From Octopus sinensis (taxonomy: Eukaryota), in contig NW_021824222.1 of NCBI RefSeq assembly GCF_006345805.1, positions 1 to 19,501 on the forward strand: a stretch of 19,501 bases of DNA, given 5' to 3'. The notes under the pieces were generated by a model. The model was not told the origin of the DNA. It did not search any database and saw nothing but the letters and a program-made list of their open reading frames with translations. Below, piece by piece: positions 1-9,854 of this stretch (position 1 is its first letter; every line of letters begins with the position of its first letter). A program made the position numbers and the translations under genes.

Positions 1-38
1 TACATATATATATCTATATATATATGGTATATATATAT

Positions 39-72
<34 letters not shown>

Positions 73-113
73 ATATATAATATATATATATATATATATA
101 TAAATATATATAT
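1..113. repeat. (TA)n microsatellite
   Basis: Near-pure TA dinucleotide run. Confidence 0.95.
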
Positions 114-521
114 GGACCTTTTCCGTTTGAACGGCATCTTTAAAATAATTTCTAGTTAACTAAACACTTTTAAACTTCGTATACTGGTAGAATGTGTTTA
201 TAAAACATCTTTTTCTCTTGGCTTTATTGAGAAAATTCTATAGTTTGTAAGATATTTGTTGTTTTTTTCTTCAATTTCTGCAATTTCAACCAATCAATGA
301 CGTCCATTGAGGTAAAAAAAACATTCCGTGCTGTATGAATATGTCCCTCGTTTAAGAAACGGATTGGGTTTATTTACATTTGTGAAGAAAAAAAACATAC
401 CTTTCCCCCACCCCTAACCCTAACCCTAAAACTGATTGAAATGCAATAGATCGATACTAGGGTCATAATTAATTTCATATGACCCTGCTAGAAAAAACTG
501 CCGTTCAAACTCAAAAGATCC
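114..521 (+). mobile_element. MITE (non-autonomous DNA transposon), copy 1, complete
   Basis: Starts GGACCTTTTCCGTTTGAACGGCA; the end reverse-complements to GGATCTTTTGAGTTTGAACGGCA (about 23-bp imperfect TIR). No ORF. Flanked by TA repeat on both sides. Homologous copies at 14195-14518 and 14519-14910. Confidence 0.85.
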
Positions 522-532
522 TATATATATAT

Positions 533-703
533 TACTCTCTTTTACTCTTTTACTTGTTTCAGTCATTTGACTGCGGCCTTGCTGGAGCACCGCCTTTAAT
601 TGAGCAACTCGACCACGGGACTTATTTTTGTAAGCCCAGTACTTATTCTATTGGTCTCTTTTGCCGAACCGCTAAGTGGCGGGGACATAAACACACCAGC
701 ATC
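533..703 (-). mobile_element. tRNA-derived SINE, 3' half
   Basis: Reverse complement of the 3' part of the full SINE at 15139-15533. Confidence 0.9.
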
Positions 704-781
704 GAGTTGCTCGATTAAAGGCGGTGCTCCAGCATGGCCACAGTCAAATGACTGAAACAAGTAAAAGAGTAAAAGAGAGTA
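702..781 (+). mobile_element. tRNA-derived SINE, 3' tail fragment (inverted partner of 533-612)
   Basis: TCGAGTTGCTCGATTAAAGGCGGTGCTCCAGCATGGCCACAGTCAAATGACTGAAACAAGTAAAAGAGT matches the SINE tail. Confidence 0.9.
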
Positions 782-1090
782 TTCAAAAATGCTGTAGACA
801 GTAACTTCGAAGTTCCGATCAGTTAAACCGTCATCAAGCTGTGACGCATCGAAGTTAATCTTGGCTTCATATAATCTCTGTTGAGTTAAAACCTTCCTTG
901 GATGTCTGGGTTTAAGTGAAGGGGTAATTAGTTTTCAGGTGGCTTGTTATGGAAAGGCGTTTTGAAAAATTTTTTTATTAATTTGGTGCTGTTTTTGTTC
1001 ATGTGTGTAGAAATGAGTGAGCAGGTGTATGACTCAGCTAAACCATGTAAAAATTTAGAGACACAGAGTTATATATATATATATATACAT

Positions 1091-1255
1091 ACGATGGGCT
1101 TCTTTCAGTTTCCATCTACCAAATCCATTAACAAGGCTTTGATCAACCCAAAGCTATAGTAGAAGACACTTGGCCAAGGTGTCACACAGTGGGACTGAAC
1201 CTAGAATCTCATGGCTGGGAAGCAAGTCTCTTACCGCACAGCCATGCCTGCACCT
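1091..1255 (-). mobile_element. tRNA-derived SINE, 5' half (diverged)
   Basis: Reverse complement matches the SINE head and central domain up to the internal microsatellite. Confidence 0.85.
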
Positions 1256-1387
1256 ACATATATATATATATATGTGTGTGTGTGTATATGTATGTATGTG
1301 TGTGTGTGTGCGTGTGTGTATGTATGTATGCATGTATGTATGTATGGATGGATGGATGGATGTTTTTATATATATATTATGTATATG

Positions 1388-1418
<31 letters not shown>

Positions 1419-1472
1419 ATGTAATGCATGTTTATGTATGAATATATATGTATGTTTATATACGTATATATA

Positions 1473-1503
<31 letters not shown>

Positions 1504-1514
1504 GTATGTGTATA

Positions 1515-1545
<31 letters not shown>

Positions 1546-2156
1546 GTATGTGTATATGTGTGTATATGTATGTGTATATATATATATATGTGTGTGTGGT
1601 GTGTATATATATATATATTGGTTTATGCATATATGTGTATATACAACTATGTGTGTATATATACTCACTCGTGAAGACCAGATATGCATAAGACAAAGTC
1701 AGTGTGTTTATGCATCTGTAAAGACAACATGAGGAGACAGAAATATACCTGATAAATATATATATATACATATATGTGTGCATGAATATATATATGTATA
1801 TACTATATATATATAACATATATATATATACATACATATATAGATATATGTATATATATTATATATATATATCTATATTACTATATATATATATAATATA
1901 CAATATGAGATATGTATATATTATAATACATATATAGATATATGTATATATATACATACATATATAGATATATGTTATATATATATATACATACATATAG
2001 ATATATGTATATATATATATACATACATATATAGATATATGTCATATATATAATAATATATATATTATATAATTATATAGATATATGTATATATATATAA
2101 TATACATACATATATAGATATATGTATATAATATTACATACATATATAGATATATG

Positions 2157-2187
<31 letters not shown>

Positions 2188-2562
2188 TATATTATATAAT
2201 ATAGATATATGTATATATATATATATATACATATATAGATATATGTATATATATTATATACATACAATATAGATATATGTCATATATATATATATATATA
2301 TATACATACAATATAGAATATGTATATATCATCATCATCTCATCAATCATCTTTGCGGCCTTTTCCATGCTAGCATGGGTTGGACGTTCAACTGGGGTCG
2401 GGGAGCCCGAGGCTGCACATATATAATCTATATATATAACATACATATATGATATATTATATATAATATATATATACATCCATATATAGATATATGTAAT
2501 TATATATATATATACATAATATATATAGATATTGTATATATTATATAATATATATTACATAT
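1256..2562. repeat. Compound (TA)/(TG)/(GGAT) microsatellite and ATATAGATATATGT-core minisatellite
   Basis: Visible low-complexity repeats, interrupted by a short non-repetitive stretch near 1660-1750 and by the RTE fragment at 2328-2418. Confidence 0.9.
2328..2418 (-). mobile_element. RTE LINE 3'-end fragment
   Basis: Reverse complement matches the 3' terminus of the RTE at about 17980-18066 (GAACGTCCAACCCATGCTAGCATGGAAAA...(GAT)n). Confidence 0.85.
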
Positions 2563-2588
2563 ATACTTTGATACTTTGATACTTTGAT
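2563..2588 (-). repeat. CR1 3' tail, (ATCAAAGT)x3
   Basis: Top strand ATACTTTG x3. Short tandem, often octamer, tails are typical of CR1-clade LINEs. Confidence 0.85.
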
Positions 2589-2649
2589 AGGTTTCGGCCA
2601 TTATTGGCCCCGGCCATGTCTAACTTAATAGCACCACCACTGGTGAAGT

Positions 2650-5590
2650 CTTTCAAGTCAGAATTTGGCACTATGGCCCACTCAAGTAGGGAGTTATTGT
2701 TTACAGAGACATATCCGGGTGTAGGGGGTTTTATCCGGGATTTCTTGAAGGAATCTGTCCAAGACTTCTTGAACCCTATAGGGTCAGTTTCTGTTTTAAT
2801 GCGTTTTGGTGTAATGTTAAAGAGAGCGGGCCAATTGAGGTGAAATAATTGTGCCGTATTGTTGTTATGAGATGAGAGTGCGATTTTTGTTTTGGGCGGA
2901 TGGCACGGGGCCCAAGCCTTGGATGTACCTTAAAGGTGATGCCAACATCATTTGGCAATGCTGATGGAATATTTTCCACATCATGCAGATGATGTAGCGC
3001 TCACGACGACGTTGGAGAGAATAGAGTTTTTTAGCTTTTCTAGTCGCCCCAATAGTCGAGCCTGTCATGCCATCTATCTTTTTGTGATTGCCCTTTGAGG
3101 TGCTTCGACTTTTATGATACCTTTGTATTGTGTGGGGAGACCACAGTGGACAACAGTATTCAAGGTGGGTCGGGCAAAAGTGGAGAAGAGAAGGATAATG
3201 GTGTGGATACTCTCGACTGGAAAGTTCTGAGAATCCAGGAACACATTCTGCGGGCCATGTCAACTTTGGTGTTTATATGAGTGGCCCAGCTTACGTTGTT
3301 GTCCACAATTACTCCCAAGTCTCTGATGTTGTTGGACGCCGTGAGAGTTTCACCTGAAGGAAGGGAGTATGGGAGTTTCAGGGCATCCTCTTTTCCAAAG
3401 TGGATTAGCTCAAATTTATCCTCGTTCAGCAGCATATTGTTTTTTTCTGCCCATTGGATAACAGCCAGTAGATCTGACTGAAGGCATGTCCGGTCACTCG
3501 CCTCATTTATGACCTTCTGTAGCTTGGAGTCATCTGCAAAGATTTTTAGTTGCTGTGCTTGATGATGTCATTAATGTCATTAATGTAAATGATGAAAAGA
3601 AGTGGGCCCAGCACAGTGCCTTGCGGAACGCCACTACTGACTTTGGCTGGGCTTGATTTTACCCCTTCAACTACAACATGTTGAGATCTGTCTGTCAGGA
3701 AACACTTATCCATTTCAGTAACTTTCCAGAGACACCAATGTTGGATAGTTTTTTCAATAGTCTTGTGATCGACCCTGTCGAAGGCCTTACTGAAATCAAG
3801 GTAGATGACATCGGTGTTGGAGCCCTCTCCCAAAGCTCTCAAAATGTCCTCAAAGTGATGCAGGAGCTGCGTTAGGCAGTCCCTTCCATTACGGAACCCA
3901 TGTTGGTTGGAGATCAGCCGTCTTTTTCTTCTCCAGAAATTGGGTTATTTGAGATCTCACCACCCTCTCAAATACCTTGATGATATGAGAGGTGAGTGAG
4001 ATCGGACGGTAATTCACTGCAAGGGACTTGTTTCCCTTTTTGAAAACTGGGACAACAGACTGGACAGAAGGTTTTTTGAATATAGCCACATCCAGTGAGT
4101 TTCTCCACAGATTAGCAAGGGGAGATGCAAGTTGGTGTCGACACACCTTCAGGACACAAGCAGGGAACCTATCGGGGCCTACTGCTGAATGTGTTTTATT
4201 TCGTTATATCGCCGCTAAGACATCAGGGGCACTAAACGTTATGTCCGATATAGTGTGTTGGGGGTGACATCACTGATACAGCCCAGATCGGCCATATCAG
4301 GATTGCTGAAAACAGAGCAGTAGTATTGTTTCTGCAGTATCTCGGCCATGGATTTGGCATTATCTTGGAGAGTGCCAGTTTCGTCAATTTAGAGGGCCTA
4401 CAGTGGAGACAGTGACCCTGCGTTTCCTCGCAAATGAAAAGAACACTTTGGGGTTGAGTTTGTTTTTTTTCAATGGCCCACTTCTCCTCAGCTGATCTTT
4501 GGTTATTGATGAGGGACTTCATGCATTGTTGGAGGTTATATTTTTTGGATTCAAGCAGTGCGATAGCTGTCGAATGTGTGTGTTGCTGTTGGCAGTACTT
4601 TAGTTTGTTAATTTTTTGTTTGTTCTTTTTATTTTTCTGATAATGGTTTTTCTGTTTTGGGGATTCTGCACTTTTTGTTCACAGGTCTTGGTGGGGAGTG
4701 TTTTGCACATATGTCTGTGACGGTGTCTACAAAGATCTGCCAAGATGTTTTATGGTTGGTGGAGATGTGTGTATGTGTAAAGGACCAGTCAACATTTGAT
4801 AGCTCGTTCCTGATTGCATCCCAGTTGGCTTTATGGAGATCCATGTTGTCAAATGGTGGGCTGGAGGAAGGTCACTAGGATTAGCTTTCGGCTGGTGGAA
4901 TTTCATGTTACAGAGAACCATGTCATGGTCTGAAGAAGGGTTTTTTCCACTGTAACGTTATGTATAGTGTTAGTGTGGTTACTAAACACTAGGTCCAAAA
5001 TGTTCTGATGTCTTGTTGGTGCAAGGACAAGTTGGGACAAGAAAAACTCATTCGTAAAGTCGAAAAGTGACTCTGCTGCTTCTTTGTCAGCGGTTGAGGC
5101 GGAGTGCTTGGTTTCAAACAGTTTGTAGTCCAGTCAACACAGGGTAGATTGAAGTCTCCCATCATGAGTATGTTGCTAGAATGGCACTGTTGAATAAAGC
5201 ACTTAATGCTGTTGAGGCATTCTTTAAAGCACAGTATGGGTGTTTGGGGCGGCCTATAGAGTCCAATTACTGTCAGATCATTGGCTTTGTTGTGCACGGT
5301 GACTGATTCACAGTAGCCGTTGGAGAATATACTATTTCCATCTGCCGTAAATGAATCATGCAGGAAAATGGCAGTTCCACCCTTCCTCCTGCCGATACGA
5401 TCCGCGCGGATGGTTGTGAAATTCTTCACTCTCACTTCGCTTCCAAGTGGGAGTTGTCAAGGTGGGTCTCAGTGAGAATGAAGAAGGGATGTGGTGTGAA
5501 TGGTTACCAAACCAGTCTTCAATGAATTGGACCTTCCATTTTTGTGCATTGATGGAAGGGCTGACACCTTGTGCATTGAGTAGGAATGTG
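2650..5590 (-). pseudogene. CR1 ORF2 (APE endonuclease plus reverse transcriptase), multiply frameshifted
   Basis: Motifs across frames: LLNAQG, FILTETHL, RADR..GG, LYRPP, MGDFNLP (APE); PVFKKG, NYRPISLTS, YLDFSKAFDRVDH, SGVPQGTVLGPLLFIIYIND, FADD (RT); IRDLGVIVD, LEYCCPLWSP, RRRERY (C-terminal). Confidence 0.92.
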
Positions 5591-6016
5591 GAGGTTAGTG
5601 TAGTGGCTGGTTTTGACTGTTGCAGGGGGCTTGGATTTTTTTGTGTGTGTTAGTGGCAGCAATGTGGGGAATTGGTGCACTGGGGTAATAGCATAGGATG
5701 GGTGTTGAGTGATGGCTAGAATGTTTTTGTGTATCTCTTTTGCCATGTTCAACATGGCTAAAAAGAATTTTCCTGCTTAGGGAGCAGTTTTTGGCTGGAG
5801 GTGTGGTTGCACTGTTGGATAGGGTTGTAGTTTCCACTTTTGTTGTTGTTGTTTTTGTGTCTTCCTGAAAAGACTGGACCAGCATTACTGCAGCATGGTG
5901 TGTTTCTATTTTTATTGTTATTCAGGTTTGTGTGTTGGCTTGAGGCCCCGTTTCTGTTTGTGCGTCGGGTCCCTGGAAGATGAGTGAAGGGACAGTCACT
6001 CAGTAGACATGTTCTC

Positions 6017-6880
6017 TCACGTTGGGAATACCGGCAGATTTTGGGACTCCGAGTTTGTGTGTGTTTTGAATTTCGATTTACTATTTGGTGGTGTTGATGT
6101 TATTGTGGGATGCGTGCTTTGGCCTTGGCCGGTAGTGCGTCTAGTGCCGGGTAGATGCGTGAAGATGCAGTCACTATTTGTGCAGAGTCTCTGGCGCAGT
6201 GAATAGCGGCATATTTGGGGATTTCTTGTTTGTGCCGTGGGGGGCGCATTCTGCTTCCTATATTTCTTTAAGTTTTTGTTACTGCAGTAGTATTGAGGTG
6301 GTGATGTGGGGGAAGAGGGCAGTGGTTTCTTATTTGGTTTTCTGTTGGTATTTTTGGTGATAGAAGACGATGGTGGCAGCGGTGGTGATGATGATGATGA
6401 TAATTGTGGTGGTTGCTGTGATAGCGGTGAAAAGATACTGGCATTTAGTGAATCGTCTAGTAAGTTAGAGTTGAGGAGTGGCTGTTGTTGTTCTTGTTGC
6501 TGTGGCTGTTGTTGTTGTTGTTGTGCCTGACCGATGTCAGGGTCAGCCATTGTGTTGGGAACCAGGAGTGGCTCATTCTGTTGTGTTGTTGTTGTGGCTG
6601 CTGATTTTCTAGCTGTTGTTGTTCTTGAACTGTGAAAATATGTAGAAGCTTTTCATAATGGCCTCTTATCAGTTTGAAAGATACTTCGATATGTTTCAAC
6701 TTGCTACGAATCTGTTTGACGGATCGTGTGTTTGACCACTTGTGATGTTTTTTCGGCAATCTCATTCAAACACAAGACATTTAGATTTTCTGTTTGGGAA
6801 AGAGAGAGCCATGTGTTTATTAAAACATCAATTTCGTTATCAGACCAATTTCGTCTGTTGCAGGCCTGCAAGTTAGTCAT
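6017..6880 (-). pseudogene. CR1 ORF1: Myb/SANT-like N-terminus, poly-Q and S/P-rich linker, CCCH zinc finger; at least 2 frameshifts
   Basis: ATG at 6880 gives MTNLQACNRRNWSDNEIDVLINTW...NEIAEK / HKWSNTRSVKQIRSKLKHIE. Track ORF 6017-6550 contains C-x8-C-x4-C-x3-H (CRYSLRQRLCTNSDCIFTH). Confidence 0.75.
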
Positions 6881-7203
6881 GTTTGTTTTTCTTTTGTTTG
6901 TTTTCCTTTTGATTTTTGAAATATATATATTCTTTCTTGGGGAGTTAAAGAAGTGTATATATATATAAATGTTCTCTCTTAAGGGTGTGAGTTTTTGATT
7001 ATTTGGTTGTTTGAGGATATTAAAAGAAACAGGTGTATATAACAATTTGTAGTTAAATGAAACCGTACTTACGGGTTTGTAGGCAAACACGTGGTTACAA
7101 ATATATATATATTTAAGGTCAGTTAGTTTTGAAGCTGTGTAGCTTGCTACTGACTCGGGAGAGAAACAATAGACGTCCGTCCAGTTCAACAGTTAATCCA
7201 CTA

Positions 7204-7241
7204 TAGATATATTTATATATATATATATACATCTATCTAGA

Positions 7242-7279
<38 letters not shown>

Positions 7280-7410
7280 CTTACATACTACATACATACA
7301 TCATACATACTACATATATATAGATAGATAGATGGCATACATATGTATATTATATTATATATATACATACACATACATACATACATATATAGATAGATAG
7401 ATAGGTATAC

Positions 7411-7459
<49 letters not shown>

Positions 7460-7468
7460 TATATATAT
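7204..7468. repeat. (TA)n/(CATA)n/(GATA)n compound microsatellite
   Basis: Visible repeats. Confidence 0.95.
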
Positions 7469-7768
7469 AGTGTTAATGATATATTTGTGAATAAAATCTA
7501 AAAAGAAATGCATTTATTGTTGATGGTGTTGTGTTTATTTCTAAATATTTTCGTCTTAAATTTAAGTGGAACGCAATTATGACACCAGATAATAACTTTC
7601 AGATTCCACAGAATTAAACACATCCTTCCAGTTTCATTTTATTGGCGACTTTCAATGTAATTACAAAGTGGTTTTTGTTTGAACAGAGCTGACAGTCACT
7701 CACTCCCTCTCCCCTCCGGTCTGCCACTCCCGCCATGACATTCCACATAAGCACATTTCAAATTACAT

Positions 7769-7826
7769 ACACAGGTATGGCTGTGTGTTAAGACGTTTAC
7801 TTCTCAACCATAAGGTTCGGGGTTCA
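7769..7826 (+). mobile_element. Degenerate SINE head fragment
   Basis: ACAGGTATGGCTGTGTGTTAAG...GGTTCGGGGTTCA resembles the SINE A/B-box head. Confidence 0.6.
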
Positions 7827-7881
7827 TTTAAATGTTTTTCTGTTCTAGCTTTGGGCTGATAAAAACTTCGTAGAAACCCAT

Positions 7882-8312
7882 GCCGCAGGAGTGGCTGTGT
7901 GGTAAGTAGCTTGCTAACCAACCACATGGTTCCGGGTTCAGTCCCACTGCGTGGCATCTTGTGCAAGTGTCTTCTGCTATAGCCCCGGGCTGACCAATGC
8001 CTTGTGAGTGGATTTGGTAGACGGAAACTGAAAGAAGCCTGTCCTATATATGTATATATATATATATATGTATGTATGTGTGTGTGTTTGTGTGTCTGTG
8101 TTTGTCCCCCTAGCATTGCTTGACAACCGATGCTGGTGTGTTTATGTCCCCATCACCTAGCGGTTTGGCAAAAGAGACCGATAGAATAATTACTGGGCTT
8201 ACAAAGAATAAGTCCCGGGGTCTATTTGCTCGACTAAAAAAGGCAGTGCTCCAGCATGGCCGCAGTCAAATGACTGAAACAAGTAAAAGAGTTAAAGAAA
8301 AGAGTAAAGAGT
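7882..8312 (+). mobile_element. Full-length tRNA-derived SINE
   Basis: A-box-like TGGCTGTGTGG, B-box-like GGTTCAGTCCC, central GTGAGTGGATTTGGTAGACGGAAACTGAAAGAAGCC domain (recalled as Nin/Deu-type, unverified), internal TA/TG run, AAAAGAGT-type tail. Confidence 0.92.
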
Positions 8313-8330
8313 ATGCTAAATCAGATGGTA

Positions 8331-8425
8331 GTCTGGTGCAGCGTCCCAGCTTACCAGCCTTGGTTAAACTGTCCAACCCATGCCAACATGGACAACGGTC
8401 ACTAAATGATGACGGTGATGATGAT
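8331..8425 (+). mobile_element. RTE LINE 3'-end fragment
   Basis: AACTGTCCAACCCATGCCAACATGGACAACGG...AAATGATGA(TGA)n matches the RTE terminus. Confidence 0.8.
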
Positions 8426-8555
8426 ATATATATATATATCTTAATCAAAGTGTGTAGTATAATATATCTATTACGGCCAATCTTGCCGATCAGTTTTGCA
8501 CTTGGGGTTGCAACGGAGTATTAGGAAATAGTCTGATTATGTAACCCTGAGCTCT

Positions 8556-8660
8556 TTAAGTACCAGTGAAATACTGGGGTCGATGTAATCAACTGGTCCC
8601 CTCCTACAGAATTTCAGGCCTTGTGTATTTATTAGGAAGGATTATGATTATTATTATTAT
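8556..8660 (+). mobile_element. 3' fragment of a second SINE-like family ending in (ATT)n
   Basis: TAAGTACCAG...TACTGGGGTCGATGTAATCAAC followed by an (ATT)n tail. Recalled as a common SINE core-to-tail segment; not verifiable within the window. Confidence 0.5.
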
Positions 8661-9204
8661 TGAGTGAGAGAGCAGTGCATGCCATCAAAGTGACACTGGG
8701 GTAAAATATACGAAGCCCAATATACCCATCATGACTACCCGTCTGATAAGAGTACACCAGGCACATGCATCACAACCATATGTGCGCGACATGGTGATCT
8801 CATATCAAGATAATCAGCACATGACCTTGCAGGTGGGGCCCAGTTAGAATTTTCTTCTGGTCGAGTAACCCATCCCGCTCAAAAGGTCCCTGAATAAGGG
8901 TTGTTTAAGGATGTTGAACGAAACACCCATGTTTCCAGAGGTGAATTATTCAAACCCCAAAGAATCCCTCTCAACACATGGCTATGATGCTCCCCCACTA
9001 CTTTTGCTCATGATCAGAGATGCACATATCGTCAGCCACTAAGGGACATGCTCAACTGGTTAAGCTCAAACAACTGACCAGCAAATCTGTGGTATTGAGC
9101 AGAATATTTGCTGTAAAACCCATCTTTTATACCAAGACAAAACAATGTACATGATAACACTTCCAATCAGTTAAGATCAGAAGCCATGAGAACCACTGCC
9201 AGGG

Positions 9205-9205
<1 letters not shown>
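8661..9205. mobile_element. About 545-bp non-coding element bounded by (TTA)n on both sides
   Basis: Sharp transitions from ATT repeats into higher-GC sequence at both ends. No ORF of 60 aa or more. Class and orientation unresolved. Confidence 0.55.
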
Positions 9206-9241
<36 letters not shown>

Positions 9242-9244
<3 letters not shown>

Positions 9245-9563
9245 AGCGTATAGGACGGATCCGGCTATCAGCTGAATCCATAGTGAAGATTGCCCTGCTG
9301 ACCTCCTTTAACTAGAGGGCAAGGCAGTTTTCCTTTGCCTAGTGGCTGTAGCAAAAGAGGTGGTATGGTGGACCCGTTTGAAAGGGCTAAAGTCAGACAC
9401 TTTCCTCTTTGGCCCAGGCCTCAACAACTTTTTCAAGTTTCACTTGAAAAGGAAGATGAGGTTAGAGAGGGAAGTGCTGTCTGATAGCAAGTTTTCTGAA
9501 AGGTGGATAAATGTCGCAAGAATGGCCAATATGAAAGGACCAATTCTGAGGATACACCTGTAA
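9242..9563 (+). pseudogene. Tx1/L1-like ORF2 C-terminal remnant
   Basis: LKRIGRIRLSAESIVKIALLTSFN / EGKAVFLCLVAVAKEVVWWTRLKG...KFSERWINVARMA. Fits the AK-x-x-W-x-x-R ... F-x-x-x-W pattern of Tx1-type ORF2 ends; one frameshift. Confidence 0.65.
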
Positions 9564-9849
9564 TATAAAAAGGTATTATAAAAGGAGAAAGGGACTCTCC
9601 AAACCCCTTTTGACCAGGATCCCGTGGCTTTTACGGGTTTTTCCACCAGGAACTTTTCGAAAAGCCGTCCCCTATTGGGAGTTTTTCATTGGTAAATATT
9701 TTCGTTGTTATACAGTTTTTTTACACGGATTTTCGCAAACGGACAAAACCCTTTGTAACTTTCTTTCTGTGTTTTGTCCCTTTATGTTATAATTAATTTT
9801 TGTCAGCCCTTGTGGCCAATAATAAAATTAATCATTATTATTATTATTA
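9242..9849 (+). mobile_element. 5'-truncated Tx1/L1-like LINE 3' end
   Basis: ORF2-like C-terminus, 3' UTR, terminal CAGCCCTTGTGGCCAATAATAAAA and (ATT)n. Confidence 0.7.
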
Positions 9850-9854
9850 ATGAC

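Larger units (their letters stand above)
2563..7203 (-). mobile_element. Full-length CR1-clade LINE (about 4.6 kb), frameshifted
   Basis: 5' UTR, ORF1, APE endonuclease, RT and C-terminal motifs in the expected order on the minus strand. Ends in a stem-loop plus three copies of the octamer ATCAAAGT. Both ends abut TA repeats. Confidence 0.9.

Noticed and set aside
805-820. Palindrome AACTTCGAAGTT just downstream of a SINE tail, echoed by GACTTCGAAGTT near 15552
   Set aside because: An 11-12 bp match with unrelated flanks; the 15552 copy lies outside the TSD and so is not part of the SINE. Chance cannot be excluded.
1154-2479. Long ORFs rich in Y/I/H/T/V/C (also at 10157-10975, 12834-13512 and 17927-18537)
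   Set aside because: They are translations of TA/TG/CA microsatellites, which lack stop codons in several frames.
2586-2620. GGCC-loop-GGCC-GAAAC at the CR1 3' end as a hammerhead half
   Set aside because: No CUGANGA lies upstream; it is better explained as the LINE 3' recognition stem-loop.
2604-6968. Plus-strand ORFs overlapping the CR1
   Set aside because: They are antisense shadows of the LINE coding sequence with no independent motifs.
7546-7563. ATTTTCGTCTTAAATTT resembling a segment of MITE copy 2 near 14237-14254
   Set aside because: A short AT-rich match with no extension on either side.
9145-9200. Resemblance to the U2 snRNA 5' end
   Set aside because: Only an 8-mer (TAAGATCA) and scattered short words match; no colinear alignment with U2.
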